Source of the DNA: Halobacteroidaceae bacterium | GTDB lineage: Bacteria > Bacillota > Halanaerobiia > B1SED10-174 | Reading direction: 5' to 3' | Assembly (NCBI GenBank): GCA_003554585.1 | Contig: PWGV01000163.1 | Coordinates: forward strand, 6,071-70,070 | Length of the DNA: 64,000 nucleotides | Part shown: positions 19,487 through 29,128 of the stretch, piece by piece | Numbering within the stretch: position 1 is the first letter of the stretch | How the letters are laid out: every line of letters begins with the position of its first letter | Translations under genes and position numbers: made by a program | Notes under the pieces: model-generated | Told to the model about the DNA's origin: nothing | Databases searched by the model: none | Seen by the model: only the letters and a program-made list of their open reading frames with translations

Positions 19487-20031
19487 GAAATGGACACCTG
19501 GGGGAAAAGATCAGGGAAAAGAGACGGGAAAAAGGGATGAGCCTGCAGGATGTAAGCAAAAAGATTGGTAAAACCTCCAGCTTTTTATCCCAGGTTGAAC
19601 GAAACCTCGTGGAGCCTTCTATCACTTCCCTCAGGGAAATCGCCAGAGTCCTGGAAGTCCCAATTTTCTATTTCCTGATCGATACCCACGAATATGACCC
19701 CGTGGTCCGGCGGGAAAAGCGAAAAACCCTGCGTTTTCCAGAATACAAGTTAACTTTTGAGCTCCTTTCTCCCGACCTGAACCGCAAGATGGAAGTCCTG
19801 GAAGGTCGGATACCTCCTGGTTCTTTTACCTGTCCCGAACCTCTGGCTCATGATGGGGAAGAATGCACGCTGGTTATAAAGGGCAAGATGGAAATTCAGA
19901 TTGGGGAAAAGGTTTACAATCTTGAAGAGGGGGATAGTATTTATTATTACGCTTCTGTTCCGCACAAGATAACCAATGTTGGTGAAGACGAACTGGTTTT
20001 TGTTTCTTCAATAACTCCACCCCATTTCTAA
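19483..20031 (+). CDS. XRE-family HTH plus cupin-domain transcriptional regulator
   Basis: HTH segment LGEKIREKRREKGMSLQDVSKKIGKTSSFLSQVERN, and a C-terminal cupin (GDSIYYYASVPHKITNVG). Overlaps the upstream stop codon. Confidence 0.85.
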   Translation: MRNGHLGEKIREKRREKGMSLQDVSKKIGKTSSFLSQVERNLVEPSITSLREIARVLEVPIFYFLIDTHEYDPVVRREKRKTLRFPEYKLTFELLSPDLNRKMEVLEGRIPPGSFTCPEPLAHDGEECTLVIKGKMEIQIGEKVYNLEEGDSIYYYASVPHKITNVGEDELVFVSSITPPHF

Positions 20032-20039
20032 AGGAAGTG

Positions 20040-21407
20040 ATGACCGCAATGCTTTTTAAAAACGGCAAAATTGTGAGTGGAAGCAAAACCCAAAAAGGAG
20101 ATCTTCGGGTTGTGGGAGAAAAGATTGCCGAAGTCGGTAAAGAACTTGAGCCCCGTCCCGGTGAAGAAGTTTACAACCTGGAAGGCTGTTATCTTCTTCC
20201 AGGAATTATTGATAGCCACACCCATTTTTCGCTGGAAGCCCGGGGGGCGGTAAGCGATGATGATCCCCATGCAGGTGGGGTTTCAGCCCTATGGGGAGGA
20301 GTTACAACAGTAATTGACTACGCCGATTTCCTTCCGGAAAAGCCAATTGGAGAAGGCATTGAAAAAAGAAAAAGAGTCTTTTCCCAATGCCCGGTTGATT
20401 ACCACTTTCACCTGGTTTTAAATAAACATTTTACAACTGATCGTTTGCCCGAACTGGAAGAGCTTGTTTCCATGGGAATTACATCCCTTAAACTATTTAC
20501 AACCTATCCCGAAGTCGGCTATATGCTGAAGGAAAACCTTTGGCCCGATATCCTTAAAAAATGCAAGAAAATCGGGCTTTTGGTAACTGTTCATGCCGAG
20601 GATAATTCTATAGTCGAAGATAAAACTGAAAGCTATCGGAAGGCAGGGCTTTTAGATTTTAAGTATCATTCCCGGCACCGACCTGCAGAATCTGAAGTTG
20701 AGGCAGTCAAGTGGCTCAGGGGAATGGTGGAAAAAACCGGCTGCCCGATTTATATTGTTCACATTTCTACCAGCGGAGCCTGGGAAGTCCTGGCAGAGGC
20801 CAGGGATAGGGGTCTGCCCATGCTTGGTGAAACTACACCGCATTACCTTCTTCTCGATGAGAACCTCTTCAATTATCCCCGGGCTGCGAAGAATATGATG
20901 ACTCCACCTTTACGCCGGGGAGCGGATCAGGAATGTTTGTGGAAGGGACTTGCAGGAGGAAGTATTGATGTTGTTGCAACTGACCACTGTGCTTTTACCG
21001 AAGAACGCAAACTTACCGCTGAAAATGCACTGGAGGTTCTTCCGGGAATACCGGGGGTGGAAACTCTGCTCCCCTTAACCTATTCCTACGGAGTTGAGGG
21101 AAACCGTTTTTCCGTTCAAAGGATGGTCCAGGTTTTAAGTGAAAATCCCGCAAAAATATTCGGACTTTACCCCCATAAAGGTAGCCTGGAAATAGGTTCG
21201 GATGCCGACCTTGTAGTTTATGATCCCCGGCCCCAGTGGGTTTTAAAAGATGAGGACCTTCACTCTGAAGCTGGTTATTCACCTTTTTCTGGATTGGAGA
21301 TAAAAGGGAAGGTTAAGCTTACAATGCTCAGGGGTGAAGTAAAGGTTCGGGACGGAGTTTTTACTGGAAAAGCTTCTGGAGGTCGGTTGTTAAAAGGCCG
21401 GCGTTGA
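20040..21407 (+). CDS. hyuA: D-hydantoinase/dihydropyrimidinase-family cyclic amidohydrolase
   Basis: PGIIDSHTHF, the carboxylated-lysine context SLKLFTTYP, VHAED, YIVHIST and ATDHCAF. The start could be 20037, 20040 or 20049. Confidence 0.85.
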   Translation: MTAMLFKNGKIVSGSKTQKGDLRVVGEKIAEVGKELEPRPGEEVYNLEGCYLLPGIIDSHTHFSLEARGAVSDDDPHAGGVSALWGGVTTVIDYADFLPEKPIGEGIEKRKRVFSQCPVDYHFHLVLNKHFTTDRLPELEELVSMGITSLKLFTTYPEVGYMLKENLWPDILKKCKKIGLLVTVHAEDNSIVEDKTESYRKAGLLDFKYHSRHRPAESEVEAVKWLRGMVEKTGCPIYIVHISTSGAWEVLAEARDRGLPMLGETTPHYLLLDENLFNYPRAAKNMMTPPLRRGADQECLWKGLAGGSIDVVATDHCAFTEERKLTAENALEVLPGIPGVETLLPLTYSYGVEGNRFSVQRMVQVLSENPAKIFGLYPHKGSLEIGSDADLVVYDPRPQWVLKDEDLHSEAGYSPFSGLEIKGKVKLTMLRGEVKVRDGVFTGKASGGRLLKGRR

Positions 21408-21425
21408 AATCAAGGAGGGAAAGTT

Positions 21426-22790
21426 GTGGGTACACTCTTACTGGAAAATATAGATTACCTGGTTACAATGGATGAAAAGCGGAGAGAGCTAAAAGGTTAT
21501 AGCCTTTTAATTGAAGATGGTATCGTCACCAGGCTGGAAAAAGGGATTAAAGCTCAGCCCGGCTGGGAGGTTATAGATGCAGGGGATAAATGGGTTTTCC
21601 CGGGATTAATAAATACCCATCACCATTTCTATCAGGCCCTAACCCGTTGCCTGGGGGAAGTCCAGGGTGCAGAACTTTTCCCCTGGCTGAAAACTCTTTA
21701 CCCGCTCTGGGCCCGGCTTACTTCCCGGGGAGTTGTAGCCAGTACCAGGGTTGCCCTGGCAGAACTTTTAAAAAGCGGCTGTACTACTGCCAGCGACCAC
21801 CACTATGTTTTTCCCCAGGGGCAGGACACCCGCCTGATAGATCACCAGATTGAAACTGCCCGGGAAATGGGCGTCCGTTTCCATCCCTGCCGGGGGAGCA
21901 TGTCCCGCGGGGAAGACGAGGGAGGACTACCCCCCCGGGAAGTGGTGCAGAAGGAAAGCGAAATTCTCGATGATTCTCTCCGGCTGATAGAAAAATACCA
22001 CGACCCCAGCCCCTATTCGATGTGCCAGATTGTCCTAGCACCCTGTTCTCCTTTTTCAGTAACCCCTGAACTCCTCCGGGAGACTGTTGTGCTGGCCCGG
22101 CAATACGGGGTCAGGTGCCATACACACCTTGCTGAAACAAGGGATGAAGACGATTACTGCCAGAAGGAACTGGGCATGAGGCCCCTGGAATTCATGGAAA
22201 AGATGGGCTGGCTGGGACAGGACGTCTGGTATGCCCATGGTATCCATTTCTCAGATGATGAGCTGGAGGTCCTGGCCAGGACCAAAACCGGTGTTGCCCA
22301 CTGTCCGGTATCCAACCAGAAATTATCTTCCGGAGTCGCCCGGGTTCCTGAGATGCTCCAAAAAGGAATCCCTGTTGGCCTTGCTGTTGATGGGAGCGCT
22401 TCCAATGATGGATCCAACATGCTGGTTGAAATGAAAAGTGCTCTTCTCCTACACAAGCTTTACTGGGGCATAGATTCTATGAGCTCACGGCAGGTGTTAG
22501 AAATGGCAACTCGCGGCGGGGCGGAACTTCTGGGCCGACCGGACCTGGGAAGCCTTGCTCCGGGTCAGGCTGGAGATCTATTTATGGTTGATCGCAGGAG
22601 AGTCGGCTATGCCGGGGCGGAGACGGACCCGGTAACAGCTCTTCTTACCTGTGGGGATAGTTTTCAGGCTGACCTTACAGTTGTAGGGGGAAAGGTCCTG
22701 GTTCAACAGGGAAGATTAAAAGATTTTGACGAGGCAGAGTTAAACCGGGAAGCAGCCGAACAATCCCGGGCCATGCTTGAGAAAGGGTGA
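21426..22790 (+). CDS. COG0402-type amidohydrolase (8-oxoguanine / guanine / chlorohydrolase-like deaminase)
   Basis: FPGLINTHHHFYQALTR, HTHLAET and VDGSASND. GTG start 6 nt after an AAGGAGGG RBS. Confidence 0.8.
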   Translation: MGTLLLENIDYLVTMDEKRRELKGYSLLIEDGIVTRLEKGIKAQPGWEVIDAGDKWVFPGLINTHHHFYQALTRCLGEVQGAELFPWLKTLYPLWARLTSRGVVASTRVALAELLKSGCTTASDHHYVFPQGQDTRLIDHQIETAREMGVRFHPCRGSMSRGEDEGGLPPREVVQKESEILDDSLRLIEKYHDPSPYSMCQIVLAPCSPFSVTPELLRETVVLARQYGVRCHTHLAETRDEDDYCQKELGMRPLEFMEKMGWLGQDVWYAHGIHFSDDELEVLARTKTGVAHCPVSNQKLSSGVARVPEMLQKGIPVGLAVDGSASNDGSNMLVEMKSALLLHKLYWGIDSMSSRQVLEMATRGGAELLGRPDLGSLAPGQAGDLFMVDRRRVGYAGAETDPVTALLTCGDSFQADLTVVGGKVLVQQGRLKDFDEAELNREAAEQSRAMLEKG

Positions 22791-22794
22791 TATT

Positions 22795-24123
22795 ATGCTG
22801 ATAATTGGAAATGGAACGGTTATTACCCATGATCCCGATCACCCCCTGCTGGAGGATGGAGGAATTGCTGTCCGAGATGGGGTTATCCAGGAAATTGGTC
22901 CCACCCATGAGTTGAAACAGCGTTATCCCCAGGCTTCATTTATTGAGGCGAAAAATAAAGTTGTGATGCCGGGTATGATCAATTCCCACATGCATTTCTA
23001 TAGTTCCTTTGCCCTGGGAATGGACTTAAAAACAAGCCCTCCCCAGCATTTTACCCAGATCCTGGAGAAGCTCTGGTGGCGGTTGGACAAGGTTTTGCAG
23101 GAAGAAGATATTTACTACAGCGCTCTGGTTGCGGCTATTGAAGGAATAAAAAATGGAACGACTACCTTTTTGGACCATCACGCCGGGCCTGGAGCAATAA
23201 CCGGGTCTCTTGACCAGATTGCCAGGGCCTGCACGGAGCTGGGATTGAGAGCCAGCCTGGCCTTTGAAGTGTCGGACAGGAATGGAGAAGAAGTTACCCA
23301 AAAAGGAATCGAAGAAAATATTCGCTTTTTTGACCGCTGCCAGGCGGAAAAAAACCCATTGCTGGCTCCTTCCTTTGGGTTGCACGCTTCTTTTACTCTT
23401 TCCGATTCAACACTGGGAAAATGCCGGGAGGCAGCAGGTGATAGAAATATTGGTTTCCATATTCATACTGCCGAGGGGAAAGCGGACCGGGAAGCTTCAA
23501 TGGAAAAACATGGAGTGCCCGTGGTAAAAAGGCTTGATAAATGGGGAGTGTGGAATGATTTAAGCCTGGCCATCCATGGAGTGCATATTGACGAAGAGGA
23601 AATGGACATTCTCTGGGAAAGGGATTCTGCAGTAATTCACAACCCGGAATCGAATATGGGCAATGCTGTTGGCCGGGCCCCGGTTTTAAAAATGCTGGAA
23701 AAAGGGCTTTTGGTTGGGATGGGTACTGATGGCTACACTACAGACATGTTTGAAGGCATTAAGGTAGCCAACCTTCTTCACAAACATGGGGAGGGCAATC
23801 CTTCTGCGGCCTGGGGAGAAATCCAGGAAATAGCTTTTGCCAATAATATTGAGATTGTTGAACGCCAGTTCAAGCAGAAAATTGGTGTAATTGCACCTGG
23901 AAACAGGGCAGATATAATTATCCTTGATTACAAACCGCGAACTCCCCTTACCAGCGATAACTTTTACATGCATATCCTCATGGGAATGTCGGGTCGGATG
24001 GTGGAAACCGCCCTGGTTGATGGGAGGGTTCTCCTGGAGAATAGGGAACTTGTTGGTCTGGACGAGGAAAAAATATTCCGGAGAGCCCGGGAAAGGGCTC
24101 AACGGGTCTGGGAGGAAATCTAA
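22795..24123 (+). CDS. ssnA: SsnA-family putative aminohydrolase
   Basis: MLIIGNGTV..., QRYPQASF, VMPGMINSHMHFYS, LWWRLD and GTDGYTTDMFE parallel E. coli SsnA MLILKNVT..., QRYPDASF, VMPGIVCSHNHFYS, LWWRLD and GTDGIGSDMFE (E. coli sequence recalled from memory). Confidence 0.85.
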   Translation: MLIIGNGTVITHDPDHPLLEDGGIAVRDGVIQEIGPTHELKQRYPQASFIEAKNKVVMPGMINSHMHFYSSFALGMDLKTSPPQHFTQILEKLWWRLDKVLQEEDIYYSALVAAIEGIKNGTTTFLDHHAGPGAITGSLDQIARACTELGLRASLAFEVSDRNGEEVTQKGIEENIRFFDRCQAEKNPLLAPSFGLHASFTLSDSTLGKCREAAGDRNIGFHIHTAEGKADREASMEKHGVPVVKRLDKWGVWNDLSLAIHGVHIDEEEMDILWERDSAVIHNPESNMGNAVGRAPVLKMLEKGLLVGMGTDGYTTDMFEGIKVANLLHKHGEGNPSAAWGEIQEIAFANNIEIVERQFKQKIGVIAPGNRADIIILDYKPRTPLTSDNFYMHILMGMSGRMVETALVDGRVLLENRELVGLDEEKIFRRARERAQRVWEEI

Positions 24124-24173
24124 AAGGGAGAAGTGATTAATGGAGGAAAAAAAAGCTTGAAGAAAAGGCTATA

Positions 24174-25484
24174 GTGCTTTACAAGCTCGAGGATAGACCG
24201 CCTCTTGTGGAAACTATACTCCTGGGGCTGCAGCACATGCTGGCAATGTTTGTGGGAATAATAACTCCACCTCTTATCGTTGCAGGTGCGATTGGACTTG
24301 ATACTGAAACAACGTCATTTATCGTATCAATGGCTCTGATTGCATCGGGGATTGCTACCTGGCTGCAGATAAAAACCCTGGGCCCAATTGGGTCGGGGCT
24401 ATTGGGTGTTCACGGGACCAGCTTTACTTTCTTGCCACCGGCCATTTCTGCAGGTTTGGCAGGAGGCTTACCGCTTATTTTTGGGATGGCCCTTATTACT
24501 TCACCCGTGGAAATGGTCCTTTCTAAGTTTGTCGAACAGGCCCGCAGAATTTTTCCTCCGGTCGTTACGGGTCCTGTTGTAATGATGATTGGACTCAGCC
24601 TTATTGGTTCGGGGATGAATGATTTTCTGGGTGGAGTAGGTTCGGCTGATTTTGCCAGCCCCCGCAACATTATCCTGGCCCTTTTTGTTCTCTCGATAAT
24701 CATTTATTTCAACCGTTTTGGGCGAGGACTGGCCCGGATAGGTGCAGTTGCAGTGGGTATCATTGTTGGTTACCTGGTCAGCTGACCCCTGGGGCTGGTT
24801 AACTTTGGACCAGTGACTGAGGCGGGGTGGTTGACCCTTCCCAGGCCGGTTGGGTATGGCCTGAGTTTCAGCTGGACTGCCGTCATCCCCTGGATAGTAG
24901 CCTATTTTATAACCTCAATAGAAACCATAGGTGACCTGACTGCAACTGCAGAAGCCTCTGGGGAACCGGTTACCGGAAAGTTACATAGCAGGCGGCTCCG
25001 GGGAGGTGTCCTTGCCGATGGTGTTGGCTCGGCTATTGCGGCTATCTTTAACTCTATGCCCAACACTACTTTCTCCCAGAACATCGGAGTAATTCACCTG
25101 GCCCGGATCGGCAGCAGGGTTGTGGGACTGGCCTGTGGAACCATCCTCCTGGTCCTTGGTTTTTTACCCAAAATCGGGGCTTTGGTAAGGGTAATGCCGC
25201 GTCCGGTCCTGGGAGGGGCAACTGTTGCCATGTTCGGCCTTGTGACTACTTCCCGGATCAGGATTGTCGCCTGGGGAGCCCTAACCGAGAGAAACATATT
25301 TATTCTCTCAATTGGCCTGGCCCTGGGGATGGGAGTTCAGTACGTTCCAGAAGCAACAGGACAGCTTCCCGCTGTCGTGGCCAGTATTTTTGAGCAGCCC
25401 ATTGCTACAACTGCAATTGTTACCTGCCTGCTAAATCTAATTATTCCCAGAGAAGAAAAGGAGGCTGATGTTGATGCTAATTGA
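24174..25484 (+). pseudogene. NCS2/NAT xanthine-uracil-urate permease interrupted by one in-frame TGA (24783-24785)
   Basis: ORFs 24174-24785 and 24813-25484 share one reading frame, separated by a single TGA plus 9 sense codons. The N-half has LEDRPPL...LGLQHMLAMFVG and the C-half has the NAT signature-like FSQNIGVIHLARIG. Confidence 0.8.
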
Positions 25485-26349
25485 TCTGGGGTATCGCGCC
25501 CCGGATTCACTGAAGGAAGCCCTGCAAATTTTGGGGGAAGATTCTTCTTATTTAATCCTTGCCGGGGGAACTGATCTTTTAGTCGAGTATTTTGATGCCC
25601 GGGAAAAAATGGGAAAGGTTCTCGATATTTCCCGCATGGAGGAATTGAAAAAAATGGAGATTGGAGAGGAGAAGATATTCCTCGGGGCATTAACAACCCA
25701 TGAAGATATCTACCGCAACTCAGACCTGCAGAAAACGGTTCCCCTTCTTTGCAGGGCTGCAAAAAGTGTTGGGGCTCCACAGATCAGGAATCAGGGAACT
25801 TTGGGTGGAAATATGGCCAATGCTTCTCCCGCTGCTGACCTGGCTCCCCCGCTCATTGCCCTGGGAGCCCGGATAATGCTGTCAGGTCCGGATGGGGAAA
25901 GATCCTTTAACCTCGATGAGTTTTTTACCGGACCCGGGAAGACTAGGAAAAATTCTGATGAAATTATTACCGGTGTAGAATTTAGTATTCCCGGGGGTGA
26001 TTTCCGGGGCACCTTCTTGAAAGTTGGGCAGCGCAGGGCCCTGGCGATTGCCGTGGCCAGCCTCGCTATTGCCCTCAGTTGTAGGGATGGAAAGGTTGAA
26101 GAAGTCCGCCTCGCCGCTGGCTCGGTTGCTCCAGTTCCTCTCAGGGCTCGTGAAACAGAGAAGATTTTACAGGGCCAAAAATTGGACAACCTTCCCCTGG
26201 AAAATGCTGCAGGCCGGTTAGAAAAAGAAGCAAGCCCAATAGATGATATCCGGGGGACAGGAGACTACAGGGCCAGGGTCCTGGGCAACCTCCTCCGTAA
26301 AGGTTTGCAGGAAGTTCTCTCCCAAGAAGGGGTGAGTGAAAATGGCTAA
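25468..26349 (+). CDS. Xanthine-dehydrogenase-family FAD-binding subunit (CoxM/XdhB-type)
   Basis: ILAGGTDL, IRNQGTLGGNMANASPAAD, and a C-terminal CO-dehydrogenase flavoprotein domain (DIRGTGDYRA). Confidence 0.85.
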   Translation: MLMLIDLGYRAPDSLKEALQILGEDSSYLILAGGTDLLVEYFDAREKMGKVLDISRMEELKKMEIGEEKIFLGALTTHEDIYRNSDLQKTVPLLCRAAKSVGAPQIRNQGTLGGNMANASPAADLAPPLIALGARIMLSGPDGERSFNLDEFFTGPGKTRKNSDEIITGVEFSIPGGDFRGTFLKVGQRRALAIAVASLAIALSCRDGKVEEVRLAAGSVAPVPLRARETEKILQGQKLDNLPLENAAGRLEKEASPIDDIRGTGDYRARVLGNLLRKGLQEVLSQEGVSENG

Positions 26350-26824
26350 AGTAAAAGTGAATTTGAAAGTGAACGGGAAAGAACATTCCCTGGAAGTAGA
26401 AGCTGCGACCAGGTTGCTGGACCTTTTAAGGGATGAACTGGGGTTGATTGGCACCAAGGAAGGTTGTGGCAAGGGGGAATGCGGGACCTGCACGGTAATT
26501 ATGGATGGGAAAACTGTTAATTCCTGCTTGGTTCTTGCTCCCCAGGCAGAGGGCCGGGAAATCACAACCATTGAAGGCCTGGGTTCTCCTGAAGCTCTGC
26601 ATCCCCTGCAGGAAGCTTTTATTACAAAAGGAGCAGTACAATGTGGTTACTGCACTCCCGGAATTCTTTTGTCTGCCTATAATCTGCTGAACAAAAATCC
26701 TCACCCCCCCAGGGAGGAAATTAAGGAAGGAATTTCGGGAAATCTTTGCCGCTGCACGGGCTATGTTAAAATAGTAGAAGCAATTGAATTCTTCAGCGAA
26801 GGGAGGGATGAGCATGGTAAATAA
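26336..26824 (+). CDS. Xanthine-dehydrogenase-family [2Fe-2S] small subunit
   Basis: GCGKGECGTCTV, QCGYCTPG and NLCRCTGY cysteine clusters. Confidence 0.9.
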   Translation: MKMAKVKVNLKVNGKEHSLEVEAATRLLDLLRDELGLIGTKEGCGKGECGTCTVIMDGKTVNSCLVLAPQAEGREITTIEGLGSPEALHPLQEAFITKGAVQCGYCTPGILLSAYNLLNKNPHPPREEIKEGISGNLCRCTGYVKIVEAIEFFSEGRDEHGK

Positions 26825-29123
26825 ATTTGTTGGGCAGAGGGTTGACCGGGTTGATGCCCGGGATAAGGTATCGGGGAAAGCACTTTATTCTGCTGATTTT
26901 TACCTGGAAGACATGCTTTATTTGAAGGTCCTGCGTGCTCCTCATCCCCATGCCCGAATTAAATCCGTGGATGTAAGCAAAGCCCGCAAGATACCCGGAG
27001 TTGTAATGGCCATAACCGCCAGGGACATTCCCTGGGTAAAAAACTTCGGCATGATTTTCAAGGACCAGGAAGTTCTTGCCCGGGAGAAGACTCGGTACAT
27101 GGGAGATGCCCTGGCGATAGTTGCAGCGGAGACACCTACCATAGCCCGGCAGGCCCTGGATAGTATCGAAGTTGATTACGAGCCCCTGGAAGTTCTTTCG
27201 GATCCACTCCAGGCCATGGACAAGAAAGTTCCTTATATTCACGAGCCCAGGGAAGAAAACTGTGAACCTGGCCTGAACCCAGGGAACTTGCTCTGCTCCC
27301 ATCGGCTGGAAAGAGGGGATATCAAAAAAGGTTTTGCCGAGGCAGACAAAATAATTGAAAACGAAATTCGAACTCCCCATGTTGAACACGTTGCCCTGCA
27401 GCCCGAGGCAGGGGTCGCAAAATATGACAAGGAAATCGGGGTTTGCACCATGTGGGTGGCTACACAGTGGCTGCATGATATTCAGGCCGATGTAGCCCAG
27501 GCTCTTAACCTGAAGGCCGAACAGGTTCAGATCATTCAGCCCGCGATCGGAGGAGCTTTTGGAAAACGGGAAGATGTTTCCGTCCACATTATTATAGGTT
27601 TGATGGCCATTTTAACCGGGCGACCCGTCAAGATGGAAATGACCCGGGAAGAACTGATGATTACCCAGAATAAGCGGCACCCCATTATTTTCCGCTACAA
27701 GACCGGGGTGAAAAATGACGGTACCATTACCGCCTGGGAAGCAGAAGTTATTGGAGATACGGGTGCCTATGCTTCAACCGGGTCAGCTGTAGTTCACCAG
27801 GCTCTCTATATGTGCACGGGACCCTACAACGTCCCTCACCTGAGGGGAGTCTCCTATACGGTTTATACCAACAATACTTATGCTGGCGCAATGCGGGGTT
27901 TTGGGGCAACCCAGGCGGCCTTCGCCTATGAAACCCAGATGGATTGTATCGCTGCGGAGCTGGGTATGGATCCCCTGGAGTTCCGGCGGGAAAATGCCTA
28001 TGAACTGGGCTCGATAACTCCCAATGGACAGATCCTAACCACAAGTGTGGGGATCAAAGAAACCCTGGATAAAGCTGCAGAAATATTCGGATATGAGCCC
28101 GGACAGCGCAGTAAAGAGGTTAATGGCAAAATCCGCGGAGTGGGAGTTGCCTCTTCCATGTTTGGTTGTGGTTACGGGGAAGGTTTTCCGGATCATTCTA
28201 TAGTTGACCTGGAAGTAACCGATGAGGGTAAGATCCTGGTCCATTCTGCTGCCGCTGATGTAGGGCAGGGGATTTTAACCGTGATCTGCCAGATTGTGGC
28301 TGAAGTTCTGGATATTCCGATGGACCTTGTGGAAATGGCTCCAGGAGATACTCACTCAACCCGAAACGCGGGGTCCACCTCGGCAACCCGGCAGACAATA
28401 TTTTCTGGAAATGCGGCGAAACTGGCTGCAGAAGAGCTTTTAGGGAAGATTTACCATAGGGCTTCTCTGGAACTTTCCAAACATCACCCCCAGTTTTTGG
28501 TAAAGGACGGAGAAGTTGTGTTGCAGGGCACAGAAACCAGACTATCCCTGGCGGAACTTTCCAGAATTTCAAGAGAAAAAGGAGATCCTCTCCAGGCTGA
28601 GGGATGCTATTTCCCCAGGACCGATGTTCCTGAGGAAGCAACAGGGCAGGGCCGACTGGTTTATGTTGCCTACGCGTTCAACACCCACATTACTGAAGTC
28701 GAGATTGATAAATATACCGGAGAAACAAAAGTTTTACGGGTTGTTGCAGTCCCCGATGTGGGGAGGGTAATCAACCGGGTTGGTGTTGAAGGGCAGAGTG
28801 AGGGAGGAACAGTTATGGGCCTGGGTATGGCTCTGATGGAAAAACAGGTTATCGAAAATGGTATTACCAGGAACGCTGACCTTTCAACCTACCTGATTCC
28901 CACTTCCCTGGATATGCCGGAGATAATTACTGATATTGTGGAAAGCGGTGATGCAGCTGGACCCTATGGGGCAAAGGGAATTGGCGAACCCGCACTATTG
29001 CCAGCGGCGCCAGCGATAATTAACGCGATTTACAACGCTACGGGAGTAAGGTTTTACCAAACACCGGTTACTCCCGATGAAATTCTGCAGGCACTGCAGT
29101 CCCGAGAAAGCAAAAACCCCTAA
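26814..29123 (+). CDS. Xanthine-dehydrogenase-family molybdopterin-binding large subunit
   Basis: GGAFGKRED, GAMRGFG and GAKGIGEP motifs. ATG 26814 is 6 nt after a GGGAGGG RBS. Confidence 0.9.
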   Translation: MVNKFVGQRVDRVDARDKVSGKALYSADFYLEDMLYLKVLRAPHPHARIKSVDVSKARKIPGVVMAITARDIPWVKNFGMIFKDQEVLAREKTRYMGDALAIVAAETPTIARQALDSIEVDYEPLEVLSDPLQAMDKKVPYIHEPREENCEPGLNPGNLLCSHRLERGDIKKGFAEADKIIENEIRTPHVEHVALQPEAGVAKYDKEIGVCTMWVATQWLHDIQADVAQALNLKAEQVQIIQPAIGGAFGKREDVSVHIIIGLMAILTGRPVKMEMTREELMITQNKRHPIIFRYKTGVKNDGTITAWEAEVIGDTGAYASTGSAVVHQALYMCTGPYNVPHLRGVSYTVYTNNTYAGAMRGFGATQAAFAYETQMDCIAAELGMDPLEFRRENAYELGSITPNGQILTTSVGIKETLDKAAEIFGYEPGQRSKEVNGKIRGVGVASSMFGCGYGEGFPDHSIVDLEVTDEGKILVHSAAADVGQGILTVICQIVAEVLDIPMDLVEMAPGDTHSTRNAGSTSATRQTIFSGNAAKLAAEELLGKIYHRASLELSKHHPQFLVKDGEVVLQGTETRLSLAELSRISREKGDPLQAEGCYFPRTDVPEEATGQGRLVYVAYAFNTHITEVEIDKYTGETKVLRVVAVPDVGRVINRVGVEGQSEGGTVMGLGMALMEKQVIENGITRNADLSTYLIPTSLDMPEIITDIVESGDAAGPYGAKGIGEPALLPAAPAIINAIYNATGVRFYQTPVTPDEILQALQSRESKNP

Positions 29124-29128
29124 AGAAG

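Noticed and set aside
24140-24160. Seven-codon mini-ORF (MEEKKA, then stop) with an RBS between ssnA and the permease, considered as a leader peptide.
   Set aside because: It is too short, has no regulatory codon bias, and has no associated attenuator structure. It is probably fortuitous.
24783-24830. Selenocysteine recoding of the in-frame TGA in the NCS2 permease.
   Set aside because: The position is in a TM helix where homologues carry hydrophobic residues. The downstream hairpin is only 5 bp and lacks a convincing SECIS-like apical loop. TGA is used as an ordinary stop by neighbouring genes, and no sel genes are in the window. It is kept only as a low-probability alternative in the findings.
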